A DNA stretch of 64,000 bases. Source: the human T2T-CHM13v2.0 reference genome, Homo sapiens. Below, piece by piece: positions 15,894 to 27,800 of this stretch (position 1 is its first letter; every line of letters begins with the position of its first letter). The notes beneath the pieces are model-generated. The model was given only the letters and a program-made list of their open reading frames with translations. It searched no databases and had not been told where the DNA came from. Where the stretch lies: the NCBI RefSeq assembly GCF_009914755.1, contig NC_060945.1, one strand, 5' to 3'. The position numbers were made by a program, and so were the translations under genes.

Positions 15894-16519
15894 TCATAAG
15901 ACAAATGATGCATTGCTCAGCTGATGAGAACATTGGGGCCAGAGGCTCGCAGGACCCTAAGCCTGTGTCTCCCCTGGGAGCCATGGTTCAGCAGTCCAGG
16001 CATCACTAATTCAGTGCTCACAGCAGCTTTATAGAACACCCCTACCTCTAGAAACAACTGCTATGAATGCAGCAATTGCTAGAACTTAGCCCAGCAAAAG
16101 GGGATTTTGTGCTGACATGATTTGCATGGACAGTGGCTGGGAATCAGGAAAAGAACACTGACTTGTCTTTGGTTTCATTCTGGTTTTTCATTTTCCGCAG
16201 ACATCATATCCCTCAGTGCACTGGCTGTCACCTCCCCCTGCCCGCCACCTGCACACTGTGGCTTTGAGGCAGCATCTTCAACACAAATTTCAGGAGGAGC
16301 CCAGGTCCAGAGCAAAAGGGTCTTGTTTCCCCAGAATCCAGGCGAATGGCGCAGGGCTCTGGCAGGCGGATGCACTGACCTCAGCGTGCATTTACTTGTT
16401 TGTTGCTTGTCTCTACCCAAGAGAATATCAGCTCCAGAAAAGCAGGGACTTTGTTTAACACAGCGTTAAGAGACAGGACTCGACCAGTGTGGATCAATTA
16501 AGTGAGGATGTTTGCACAG

Positions 16520-16903
16520 CAGGCTCCGGGCCAGCGAGTGGGGGTTAAGGCTCCTGAAAGTAGCCGGCTTTGAGATGTGGTGGGGGTGATCCTGAATTAT
16601 CCAGGTGGGCTGAGAGCGTAATTGCCAGGTGGATGTGATGGGAGAGACCTCACCGCCCACCACTGCCTTTGAAGGTGGAGGAGGGGCCACGAGCCAAGAA
16701 AGGCAGGTGCCTTGAGATGCCAGAGAAGGCAAGAAACAGACTCCCCTGAGCCTCCAGCAGGAGCCAGCCCTGCCAGTGTCTTGCTTTAAGTTGAATGAGA
16801 CACATTTCAGACTTGTGGCCTCCAGAACTGTGAGAGAAGACGTTTGTGTTGTTTTAAGCCACTAAGTCTGTGATTGGTACATCAGCCACAAGACACTAAT
16901 ACA
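16520..16903 (+). mobile_element. MaLR LTR (MLT1D-like)
   Basis: ATCCTGAATTATCCAGGTGGGC...GGCCTCCAGAACTGTGAGA...GTTTTAAGCCACTAAGT...CTAATACA. Confidence 0.72.
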
Positions 16904-17088
16904 ACACCTAAACTCGGGGTTTGAAAAGGCCCCTAGGGCCCTAGAGCCCTCCCTGCCCCCGGTCCAGGCCTTCCTGCTTCTGTTGTGCAGACTCAGGCGC
17001 TGGCTCACTCAGAAGCCCCCTGCAGGCCCGGCCAATCCTGTGGCAGAGCCTCGACGTCCCACGGCGGCCTCTGAGCCGCCAGGCCCTA

Positions 17089-18170
<1,082 letters not shown>

Positions 18171-18789
18171 CCACAGGCAGAGAGGTCTGGTGTAGGCTTT
18201 CGGGGGAAGCACCCATCACTCTCCCAGCGTTTCCTATCTGCACCTTAATTTGGCACCCCAGGGAATCGCTCCTCTGGAATTGTAACCTTGCAGGGCAAAA
18301 GCTATCATTTCAAGATTTTTTGGGATCCTGTGTCCCCGGACAGTGCTGTAAATGTAGGAGGAAGGGTGCTGCTCATGGGTGCTGCTCATGATGGAGGTGC
18401 CCCGTGGAGCACGCCTCGGAGCCCCCCCTTTCATCCCTGATCCCATCTGGGATGTGTCAGGTCTGATCCGCATACACTGGGGCATCTGACATTTCATGGC
18501 CTTCTGAGCCCATGGGCTGGAGATGAATTTGCAAAGCCCGGGAGTGTCCTGGGTGTGTGTTCACTCCACACGCACGAATCTGTTAGAGGCTGAGTAGGAA
18601 CTAGGAGGCCAAAGAGAACCAGGCAACTTCCCACAGCCTGGACCGTACACTAGAAAAGCTAGCCTGGGAGAGGGGGCATGGCCTCTTCCCAGGCTGGCAG
18701 GGGGGATGTGGGGGAGGACCATGCTCCCCAGGGCCAGTTTACCAAAATATCAAAATACCAAAATATCAAAAGACTTAAAACTAGGAGTG

Positions 18790-18918
18790 AGCCAGGTGCA
18801 GTGGCTCACGCCTGTAATCCTACACTTTGAGAGGCCAAGGCAGGTGGGTCACCTGAGGTCAAGAGTTTGAGACCAGCCTGGCCAACACGGTGAAACCCTG
18901 TCTCTACTAAAAATACAA

Positions 18919-18957
<39 letters not shown>

Positions 18958-19132
18958 TAGCCAGGTGTGGTGGCAGGCACCTGCAGTCTCAGCTACTCAG
19001 GAGGCTGAGGTGGGAGAATTGTTTGAACCTGGGAGGCAGAGGTTGCAGTGAGCTGAGATCGCGCCACTATATGATCTGGGCGCCACTCTGGGTGACACAG
19101 CAAGACTCCATCTCAAAAACAAACAAACAAAA
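18790..19132 (+). mobile_element. AluS with (TAA)12 expansion in the middle linker
   Basis: Alu consensus; TAA repeat at 18921-18956. Confidence 0.92.
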
Positions 19133-20009
19133 CCGGGAGTGCCTGGACACTTAGTGAGAACTGGACAGGGGCCATGGGTCGAGGAGCAAAATAATCACCA
19201 GGACTTGTGGATAACAGGATCATGTGGGTGGTGGGTCCGCATGGGTGACAGGGACGTGGGGACATGTCGCCACCCTGACAGGAGCAGCCCAACTCAACAG
19301 CCACGGCAGGTCATGCCACGGAGGCTCGAGGCGTTACGTGGGGATGTTACATCAAGGCATTACATCATTACGAGATGTAACGCTCGAGGCGTTACATCGA
19401 GGGGACGATGGCCATGGGGCTGGGCGTCCAGGGTGGGCCGCAGAGGGAAGCTCACCACGTGGTGCTCTCATCTGCCCACAGCCCAGCCCGTCTTCCTGTT
19501 GGAGGCATGTGACCCCTGGAGGACAAGCATGAAACGCCATAGGGCTCCCCCAGGTGCTGGAATTATGGCACCTTGCAGCTTCTTCTCCACGAGTTTTAAC
19601 AAGCATGCGTACTTTTGTAAGTGGTGAGTGTAACGGAGGTTCACAGATGCACTCCGCTTTGGAAACCAGTGCACTCTTGCCCAGGCCCGGTGAGACTCTG
19701 AGGACGATGTGTCTAACCTCTGTGTCTAACGGGGGTGTGGGCTCTACCCTCCTCTGGCGACCATGAGGACCACCCCGGCAGGACAAGGTGTGCAGAGAAC
19801 TAGCATGGTCCCTGGCACGTAGCCCCTGCCCAGTGACTGGCAGATGAGAAGCTCCATTGTCGCCCCAGGCGAGTATGGGGCACAGGCGCCTCCTTGGGTT
19901 GTCTGCCCTCCCGGGAGCCCCAGGGTGCCCAGGCGGGCCTCAGCTGAGTCCAGGCCTCGGGGACAGTCCGTGCAGCCCCTCCTGGGGCTGGGGGCGGGCA
20001 CTTGTCCCA

Positions 20010-20130
20010 GCCACGTTTCTGCTGACTGAGCAGCCTTCTTCATGAGCTCACGCCTTTCCAGAGAAATCCCTTAATGCCTCCATTCTGCTGGTGGCATATA
20101 TAGGGAGGGCTCGGCCTTGGCTCCACACTG
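20010..20130 (+). promoter_or_regulatory. CRYAA: CRYAA lens proximal promoter: MARE-like TGCTGACTGAGCA (20020-20032), alphaA-CRYBP1/kB-like GAGAAATCCC (20061-20070), TATATA (20097-20102); TSS inferred near 20125
   Basis: Motifs read directly. The MARE matches TGCTGACTCAGCA at 12/13. Order and spacing agree with the known vertebrate alphaA-crystallin promoter. Confidence 0.88.
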
Positions 20131-20193
20131 CGCTGCCCAGAGGCCCCGCTGACTCCTGCCAGCCTCCAGGTCCCCGTGGTACCAAAGCTGAAC

Positions 20194-20382
20194 ATGGATG
20201 TGACCATCCAGCACCCCTGGTTCAAGCGCACCCTGGGGCCCTTCTACCCCAGCCGGCTGTTCGACCAGTTTTTCGGCGAGGGCCTTTTTGAGTATGACCT
20301 GCTGCCCTTCCTGTCGTCCACCATCAGCCCCTACTACCGCCAGTCCCTCTTCCGCACCGTGCTGGACTCCGGCATCTCTGAG
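20194..20382 (+). CDS. CRYAA: alphaA-crystallin (small heat-shock protein HSPB4), exon 1 coding part, aa 1-63
   Basis: ATG at 20194 translates to [63 protein letters not shown] (189 nt), ending at the donor GAG|GTAAGA. Matches the human alphaA-crystallin N-terminal domain. Confidence 0.99.
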
Positions 20383-20626
20383 GTAAGACGTGGCCCGTGG
20401 TGCTGGCCTCTCCTCGCTGCTCAGAGGGTGGTGGCCTCGGTGGGTGGAGAGCGATGGACTCTGGTCTTGCTCCGTCAGGCAGGTGGCCTCGTCCCACTTC
20501 ATCCCCTTGCAGAGGCTGGGCGAGAGCCTGTGTCCCCACTGCAGCCACGTGGCAGAGCTTCCCCTGGCACTGGGGAGAGGGTGGACAAGGGAGCAGCCTG
20601 AATCCACCTTTGCTTTCCTCCATCAG

Positions 20627-20694
20627 CTCATGACCCATGTGTGCTTTGTAAGGCACCAGCCACATACTGGAAACCCCAAGAGCAGCCCATCCAG
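20627..20694 (+). pseudogene. alphaA-ins pseudo-exon (silenced alternative exon in intron 1)
   Basis: Polypyrimidine tract plus CAG acceptor ending 20626; translates LMTHVCFVRHQPHTGNPKSSPS, homologous to the rodent 23-aa insert LMTHMWFVMHQPHAGNPKNNPVK; 68 nt long, ending at a GC donor (CAG|GCATGC). Confidence 0.9.
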
Positions 20695-21426
20695 GCATGC
20701 GTGGTGGCGAATGCCAGCTCCCGGGTTCCTCTGGTCTCCTGAGTCCCGGAGACCTGGGAGCAGGTGGGGGTCATAGTCCTGAAAGCCAGAGAGCAGGGCG
20801 TTCCTAGCACCTCCTCCAATGAGCTCGGCCTGCCCACGGCTAGCAAAGCTCTTGGCAAGTTTACTTAGGTGCCCTGCCAAGGCTAAAAGGACAGGCAATG
20901 GACGCCCCCCCCCCCCACCCAACCACAGGCCTCCTCTCTGAGCCACGGGTGAGCGGTGCAGGTTCTGCTGTTCTGGAGGGCCTGAGTCCCACCCAGCACC
21001 TCATAAACAGGGTCCTCCCCAGGGCTGCTGCAGTAGGCATCAATGCCAGGGTGCAAAATGCCTCAGGGAGCCAAGGCTGAGCCAGGGGAGTGAGAAGGAG
21101 CATGTGGAAGTACGTTTTGGAGAGGCAGCTGCGCAGGCTGTCAGCAGGCTCCGGCCGCTTCTATAGACAGCATGACACCAAGGGCAGTGACCTCATTCCA
21201 CAGGCTGAGTCCAGCCAGCCAGCCAAGCATCACCAGCCAGACGATTGACCCTAACGGACCAACCAACCCGTAACGACCCCTCCTACCATAACCAGTAGCC
21301 AGCCAGCCCATAACCAGCCAACTTATCTATAACCAGCCACCTGACCATAGCCAAACAACCAGCCGGCCCACCAGTAGCATTCAGCCCCTCAGCTGGCCCT
21401 GAGGGTTTGGAGACAGGTCGAGGGTC

Positions 21427-21504
21427 ATGCCTGTCTGTCCAGGAGACAGTCACAGGCCCCCGAAAGCTCTGCCCCACTTGGTGTGTGGGAGAAGAGGCCG
21501 GCAG
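21427..21504 (+). CDS. CRYAA: Alternative first coding exon of CRYAA (136-aa isoform, [26 protein letters not shown] joined to exon 2)
   Basis: ATG at 21427, 26 open codons, donor CAG|GTGACC, 107-nt intron to the exon 2 acceptor, in frame. It agrees with my recollection of an annotated short CRYAA isoform (not checked). Confidence 0.7.
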
Positions 21505-21611
21505 GTGACCGAAGCATCTCTGTTCTGATAACCGGGACCCGCCCTGTCTCTGCCAACCCCAGCAGGGACGGCACCCTCTGGGCAGCTCCACATGGCACGT
21601 TTGGATTTCAG

Positions 21612-21734
21612 GTTCGATCCGACCGGGACAAGTTCGTCATCTTCCTCGATGTGAAGCACTTCTCCCCGGAGGACCTCACCGTGAAGGTGCAGGACGACTT
21701 TGTGGAGATCCACGGAAAGCACAACGAGCGCCAG
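21612..21734 (+). CDS. CRYAA: alphaA-crystallin exon 2, aa 64-104
   Basis: Acceptor TTTCAG|GTT, 123 nt encoding [41 protein letters not shown], donor CAG|GTGAGC; phase 0 on both sides. Confidence 0.99.
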
Positions 21735-23165
21735 GTGAGCCCAGGCACTGAGAGGTGGGAGAGGGGGGCGAGTTGGGCGCGAGGACAAGGGGGTCACGGC
21801 GGGCACGACCGGGCCTGCACACCTGCACCATGCCTTCAACCCTGGGAGAGGGACGCTCTCCAGGGGACCCCGAATCAGGCCTGGCTTTTCCCCAAGGGAG
21901 GGGCCATGCCCACCTGAGCACAGCCAGCCCCTCCCGGTGACAGAGGTCACCATTCCCGAGCTAATGTGGCTCAGGGATCCAGGTTAGGGTCCCTTCCCGG
22001 GCTGCACCCAGCCGTCGCCAGCTCCATCCCTGTCACCTGGATGCCAGGGTGGTCTTAGAAAGAACCCCAGGAAGTGGGAGTGCCCCGGGTGGCCGCCTCC
22101 TAGCCAGTGTACATCTTCACATGAACCCTACCTGAGGAAGCCAGTCCCCGACGGCATAGCTGCATCCGCTTGGAATGCTTTACAGGCATTGACACCTTCG
22201 CCTCACAGCAGCACTTTGGAACCAGTGTCCTCATTATTCCAGGGCACGGCTGGGGAACAAGGGGGTCCTCAGCCTGCTGGGTCCCACAGCTAGTACCGGG
22301 CAGGTGGACGGGAGCTTCTCCCCACAGTCACCCTGATGCCCCGCTCTTGCTCGGCTGGAGGCCTCGGATCTCCGTGGTGTTGAGGGAGCCGGGGCACTGG
22401 AGCCCTGGTGACCTGCATCTCCTGGCGGAGCCGGGAAGAGCTCATGGACTGTCACAGATGGACAGTGCCCCGTGGGGGCTGGAGAGCAGAGTGGGGCTGG
22501 AAGGTGGAACTCTTAGCCAAAGTCTTGGTTTCTTTTGGCCAGGGTCCTCTTTCAATGGCTGGAGAAGGTGGTGCTGGGGGGTGAACGCTGACCTCCTCAT
22601 GTGCTGCCCCTCCCTCGCCTGGGCCCGGTAAAGCCCCCACGTAGCCCCAGCCAGCCTGGAACATGCTTCCTGAGCTCCCAGCTCTTGGTCTTTGCACCCA
22701 GTGGAGGAGGAGGTCAGCCCAGGGAGCTGAGTCTGCGGTTTAGGGCGTCCAGGGGACGTGGAAGCATGTGGGTCGTCTGGCCACATTAGGTAGGGCTGCA
22801 GAGACCTGGGCTAGAGCAGTCCTGCGGGGTCTGGAAGGGGAAGACTGGCTGAGGTGCGGGGCCTGGTCTGGAATGATCCTGCGATTTTGGAGTGAAGCCA
22901 TGGAGCGGGAAGAGACAACCCCCCGCGGGGAATAGCCCGGCAAGTGGCCACGAGGCCAGGCTGAGGTCCAGAGAAGCAGGGGCATGAATCCATAAATCCC
23001 AGGGGGCCTGGCCATGGGATGTGCTGGCTGCACCCGGCCCCTGTGAGAGCCCCCGCAGGCTGGCCCCCTTCTGCAGTCAGTGGGGCTGGGGCAGCTTCTC
23101 TGGCATGGGGCGAGGCAGCCGCCTGCACAGTGGCCCCCCTGACTGTGCGCCCCCACCCTCTCCAG

Positions 23166-23375
23166 GACGACCACGGCTACATTTCCCGTGAGTTCCACCG
23201 CCGCTACCGCCTGCCGTCCAACGTGGACCAGTCGGCCCTCTCTTGCTCCCTGTCTGCCGATGGCATGCTGACCTTCTGTGGCCCCAAGATCCAGACTGGC
23301 CTGGATGCCACCCACGCCGAGCGAGCCATCCCCGTGTCGCGGGAGGAGAAGCCCACCTCGGCTCCCTCGTCCTAA
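23166..23375 (+). CDS. CRYAA: alphaA-crystallin exon 3 coding part, aa 105-173 plus TAA
   Basis: Acceptor CTCTCCAG|GAC; encodes [69 protein letters not shown]. 189+123+210=522 nt = 173 aa plus stop; contains the IPV (IXI) motif. Confidence 0.99.
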   Translation, partial: DDHGYISREFHRRYRLPSNVDQSALSCSLSADGMLTFCGPKIQTGLDATHAERAIPVSREEKPTSAPSS

Positions 23376-23699
23376 GCAGGCATTGCCTCGGCTGGCTCCC
23401 CTGCAGCCCTGGCCCATCATGGGGGGAGCACCCTGAGGGCGGGGTGTCTGTCTTCCTTTGCTTCCCTTTTTTCCTTTCCACCTTCTCACATGGAATGAGG
23501 GTTTGAGAGAGCAGCCAGGAGAGCTTAGGGTCTCAGGGTGTCCCAGACCCCGACACCGGCCAGTGGCGGAAGTGACCGCACCTCACACTCCTTTAGATAG
23601 CAGCCTGGCTCCCCTGGGGTGCAGGCGCCTCAACTCTGCTGAGGGTCCAGAAGGAGGGGGTGACCTCCGGCCAGGTGCCTCCTGACACACCTGCAGCCT

Positions 23700-24790
23700 C
23701 CCTCCGCGGCGGGCCCTGCCCACACCTCCTGGGGCGCGTGAGGCCCGTGGGGCCGGGGCTTCTGTGCACCTGGGCTCTCGCGGCCTCTTCTCTCAGACCG
23801 TCTTCCTCCAACCCCTCTATGTAGTGCCGCTCTTGGGGACATGGGTCGCCCATGAGAGCGCAGCCCGCGGCAATCAATAAACAGCAGGTGATACAAGCAA
23901 CCCGCCGTCTGCTGGTGCTGTCTCCATCAGGGGCGCGAGGGGCAGGAGGGCGGCGCCGGGAGGGAGGACAGCGGGGTCTCCTGCTCGCGTTGGACCCGGT
24001 GGCCTCGGAACGATGGGGTCGCCTGCGTCCCTTCCTTCTCCTGAGCTCAAGCGCCTCCCTCCACACTGGGCTGGAAGGAGAGGTTTTGGGGGCAGAGCCT
24101 CTGATGGGAAAGGGACTGGGGAGCACTTCCGAGAGCTGGGGGCGGGGAGGGACCTGGAAGGGGCTGCAGGGAATGGAGGGAGGCCGGGCTCCTTTCTCTG
24201 TCCGCGCCGGCACCGGGGCGGGACGCCAGCCCTGGCCTCCTTCTGCGGGGCCGTCCGGTTCTCTCGGGGTCTGCTGGGTCGTCCTGTTCTCTCGGGGGTC
24301 CTGCTGCCTTCGGGGCTGGGCTTTAAGGGCACTCGTGCTTTTGAGGAGGTGGAACTCGGCAGCTTCCCCTGGGCAACCCATCATGGCCCCGAGCTGGAGG
24401 CGGAAGCTCGCTCTGTCCCCTCCCGGGACCAGACACTGGGCGGCCATGCCAGACCCCGCCACGGGGAGGGAGACTCGGCCTGGGGGGCCCTGGCTGCCTG
24501 CTGCGCTCACCGAGGGGCATCCGGGGGGCCAGAGGGCACCCAAGGGGAAGCAGACGCCACGGCGGGTGGGCCCTGCCAGCGCCCTCAGCCAAGTAAAGCG
24601 CCCTCGACCCCGGAGGCCGAAGGCACCGGGACCCTGAGGCACTGGGACCCCCATGGCACCAGCAGGACGACCACAGGGGCGCAGCCTCCACCCGGGAGAA
24701 CACAGACACTGACACCAACGGGTTTTCAAAAAGTCAGCAACAGGCATTAGCGTGGGCGGCCATAGTGACGCCCAGTGACATCACGTGCCA
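23700..24790. promoter_or_regulatory. CpG/GC-rich island over the CRYAA 3' end and downstream flank
   Basis: Visibly high GC content, dense CpG and G-runs; boundaries estimated by eye. Confidence 0.65.
23876..23881 (+). terminator. CRYAA: CRYAA polyadenylation signal AATAAA
   Basis: First AATAAA after the stop codon (about 500-nt 3' UTR), followed by a GU-rich tract GTCTGCTGGTGCTGTCT. Confidence 0.88.
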
Positions 24791-24804
24791 CGGACACTGA
24801 ACAG

Positions 24805-27800
24805 CACACACACCACACACACCACACACTCCACACACACCGCACACTCCACACACACCACACACACCACACACTCCACACACTCCACACACTCCACACA
24901 CTCCACACTCCACACACTCCACACACACCACACACTCCACACACACCACACACTCCACACACACCACACACTCCACACTCCACACACTCCACACTCCACA
25001 CACTCCACACACACCACACACTCCACACACTCCACACACACCACACACTCCACACACTCCACACACTCCACACACACCACACACACCACACACTCCACAC
25101 ACTCCACACACTCCACACTCCACACACTCCACACACACCACACACTCCACACACTCCACACACACCACACACTCCACACTCCACACACTCCACACACCAC
25201 ACACTCCACACCCACCACACACTCCACACACACCACACACTCCACACACTCCACACACACCACACACACCACACACTCCACACACTCCACACACTCCACA
25301 CACACCACACACTCCACACTCCACACACTCCACACACACCACACACTCCACACACACCACACACTCCACACCCACCACACACACCACACACTCCACACAC
25401 TCCACACACTCCACACACACCACACACTCCACACACAACGCACACTCCACACACTCCACACACACCACACACACCACACACTCCACACACTCCACACACA
25501 CCGCACACTCCACACACTCCACACACACCGCACACTCCACACACACCACACACTCCACACACACCACACACTCCACACTCCACACACACCACACACTCCA
25601 CACACCACACACTCCACACACTCCACACACACCACACTCCACACACTCCACACACTCCACACACTCCACACACACCACACACTCCACACACAACGCACAC
25701 TCCACACACTCCACACACTCCACACACACCACACACTCCACACGCTCCACACACACCGCACACTCCACACACCGCACACTCCACACACTCCACACACACC
25801 GCACACACCACACACTCCACACACACCGCACACTCCACACCACACACTCCACACACTCCACACACACTCCACACACACCGCACACACCGCACACTCCACA
25901 CACACCACACACTCCACACACACCACACACACCACACACTCCACACACACCACACACACCACACACTCCACACACTCCACACACACCACACACTCCACAC
26001 ACCCCACACCACACACTCCACACACTCCACACACACCGCACACTCCACACACACCACACACTCCACACTCCACACACACCACACACTCCACACACTCCAC
26101 ACACCACACACTCCACACACTCCACACACACCACACACTCCACACACTCCACACACACCACACACTCCACACACAACGCACACTCCACACACTCCACACA
26201 CAACGCACACTCCACACACTCCACACACTCCACACACACCACACACTCCACACACTCCACACACACCGCACACTCCACACACCGCACACTCCACACCACA
26301 CACTCCACACACTCCACACACACTCCACACACACCGCACACTCCACACACTCCACACACACCGCACACACCGCACACTCCACACTCCACACACACCACAC
26401 ACTCCACACACACCACACACACCACACACTCCACACACACCACACACTCCACACACCCCACACCACACACTCCACACACTCCACACACACCACACACTCC
26501 ACACACCACACACTCCACACGCTCCACACACTCCACACACTCCACACACACCACACACCACACACTCCACACACACCACACACTCCACACACTCCACACA
26601 CACCGCACACTCCACACACTCCACACACACCACACACTCCACACACACCACACACTCCACACACATCACACACACCACACTCCACACACTCCACACACAC
26701 ACCACACTCCACACACTCCACACACTCCACACACACCACACACACCACACACTCCACACACACCACACACTCCACACACACCACACACACCACACACACC
26801 ACACTCCACACACACCACACACTCCACACACTCCACACACACCACACACACCACACACACCACACACTCCACACACACCACACTCCACACACAGCACACA
26901 CACCACACACTCCACACACACCACACACACCACACGCTCCCCACGCACCACACGCTCCACACGCACCACACGCTCCACACGCACCACACGCTCCACACGC
27001 TCCACACGCTCCACACGCTCCACACACACACCACACACCACACACTCCATACACACCACACACTCCACACACTCCACACACTCCACACACACCACACACT
27101 CCACACACACCACACACTCCACACTCCACACACACCACACACTCCACACACACCACACACTCCACACACTCCACACACCACACACTCCACACACACCACA
27201 CCACACACTCCACACACTCCACACCACACACTCCACACACTCCACACACTCCACACACACCACACACTCCACACACACCACACACTCCACACACACCACA
27301 CACACCACACTCCACACACACCACACACACCACACACTCCACACACTCCACACACTCCACACACTCCACACACACCACACACTCCACACACACCACACAC
27401 ACCACACGCTCCACACACACCACACGCTCCACACACACCACACGCTCCACACGCTCCACACACACCACACACTCCACACACTCCACACACTCCACACGCT
27501 CCACACTCCACACACTCCACACACACACCACACACCACACACTCCATACACACCACACACTCCACACACACCACACACTCCACACACACCACACACTCCA
27601 CACACTCCACACACACCACACACTCCACACACACCACACCCTCCACACACCCCACACCACACACTCCAAACACTCCACACACCACACACTCCACACACAC
27701 CACACACTCCACACACACACCACACACCCACCACACACTCCACACACTCCACACACTCCACACACACCACACACTCCACACACACACCACACACCCCACA

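Noticed and set aside
23593-24750. 384-aa, 261-aa and 245-aa overlapping ORFs downstream of CRYAA
   Set aside because: Expected in very GC-rich DNA; low-complexity Gly/Pro/Arg content and no homology.
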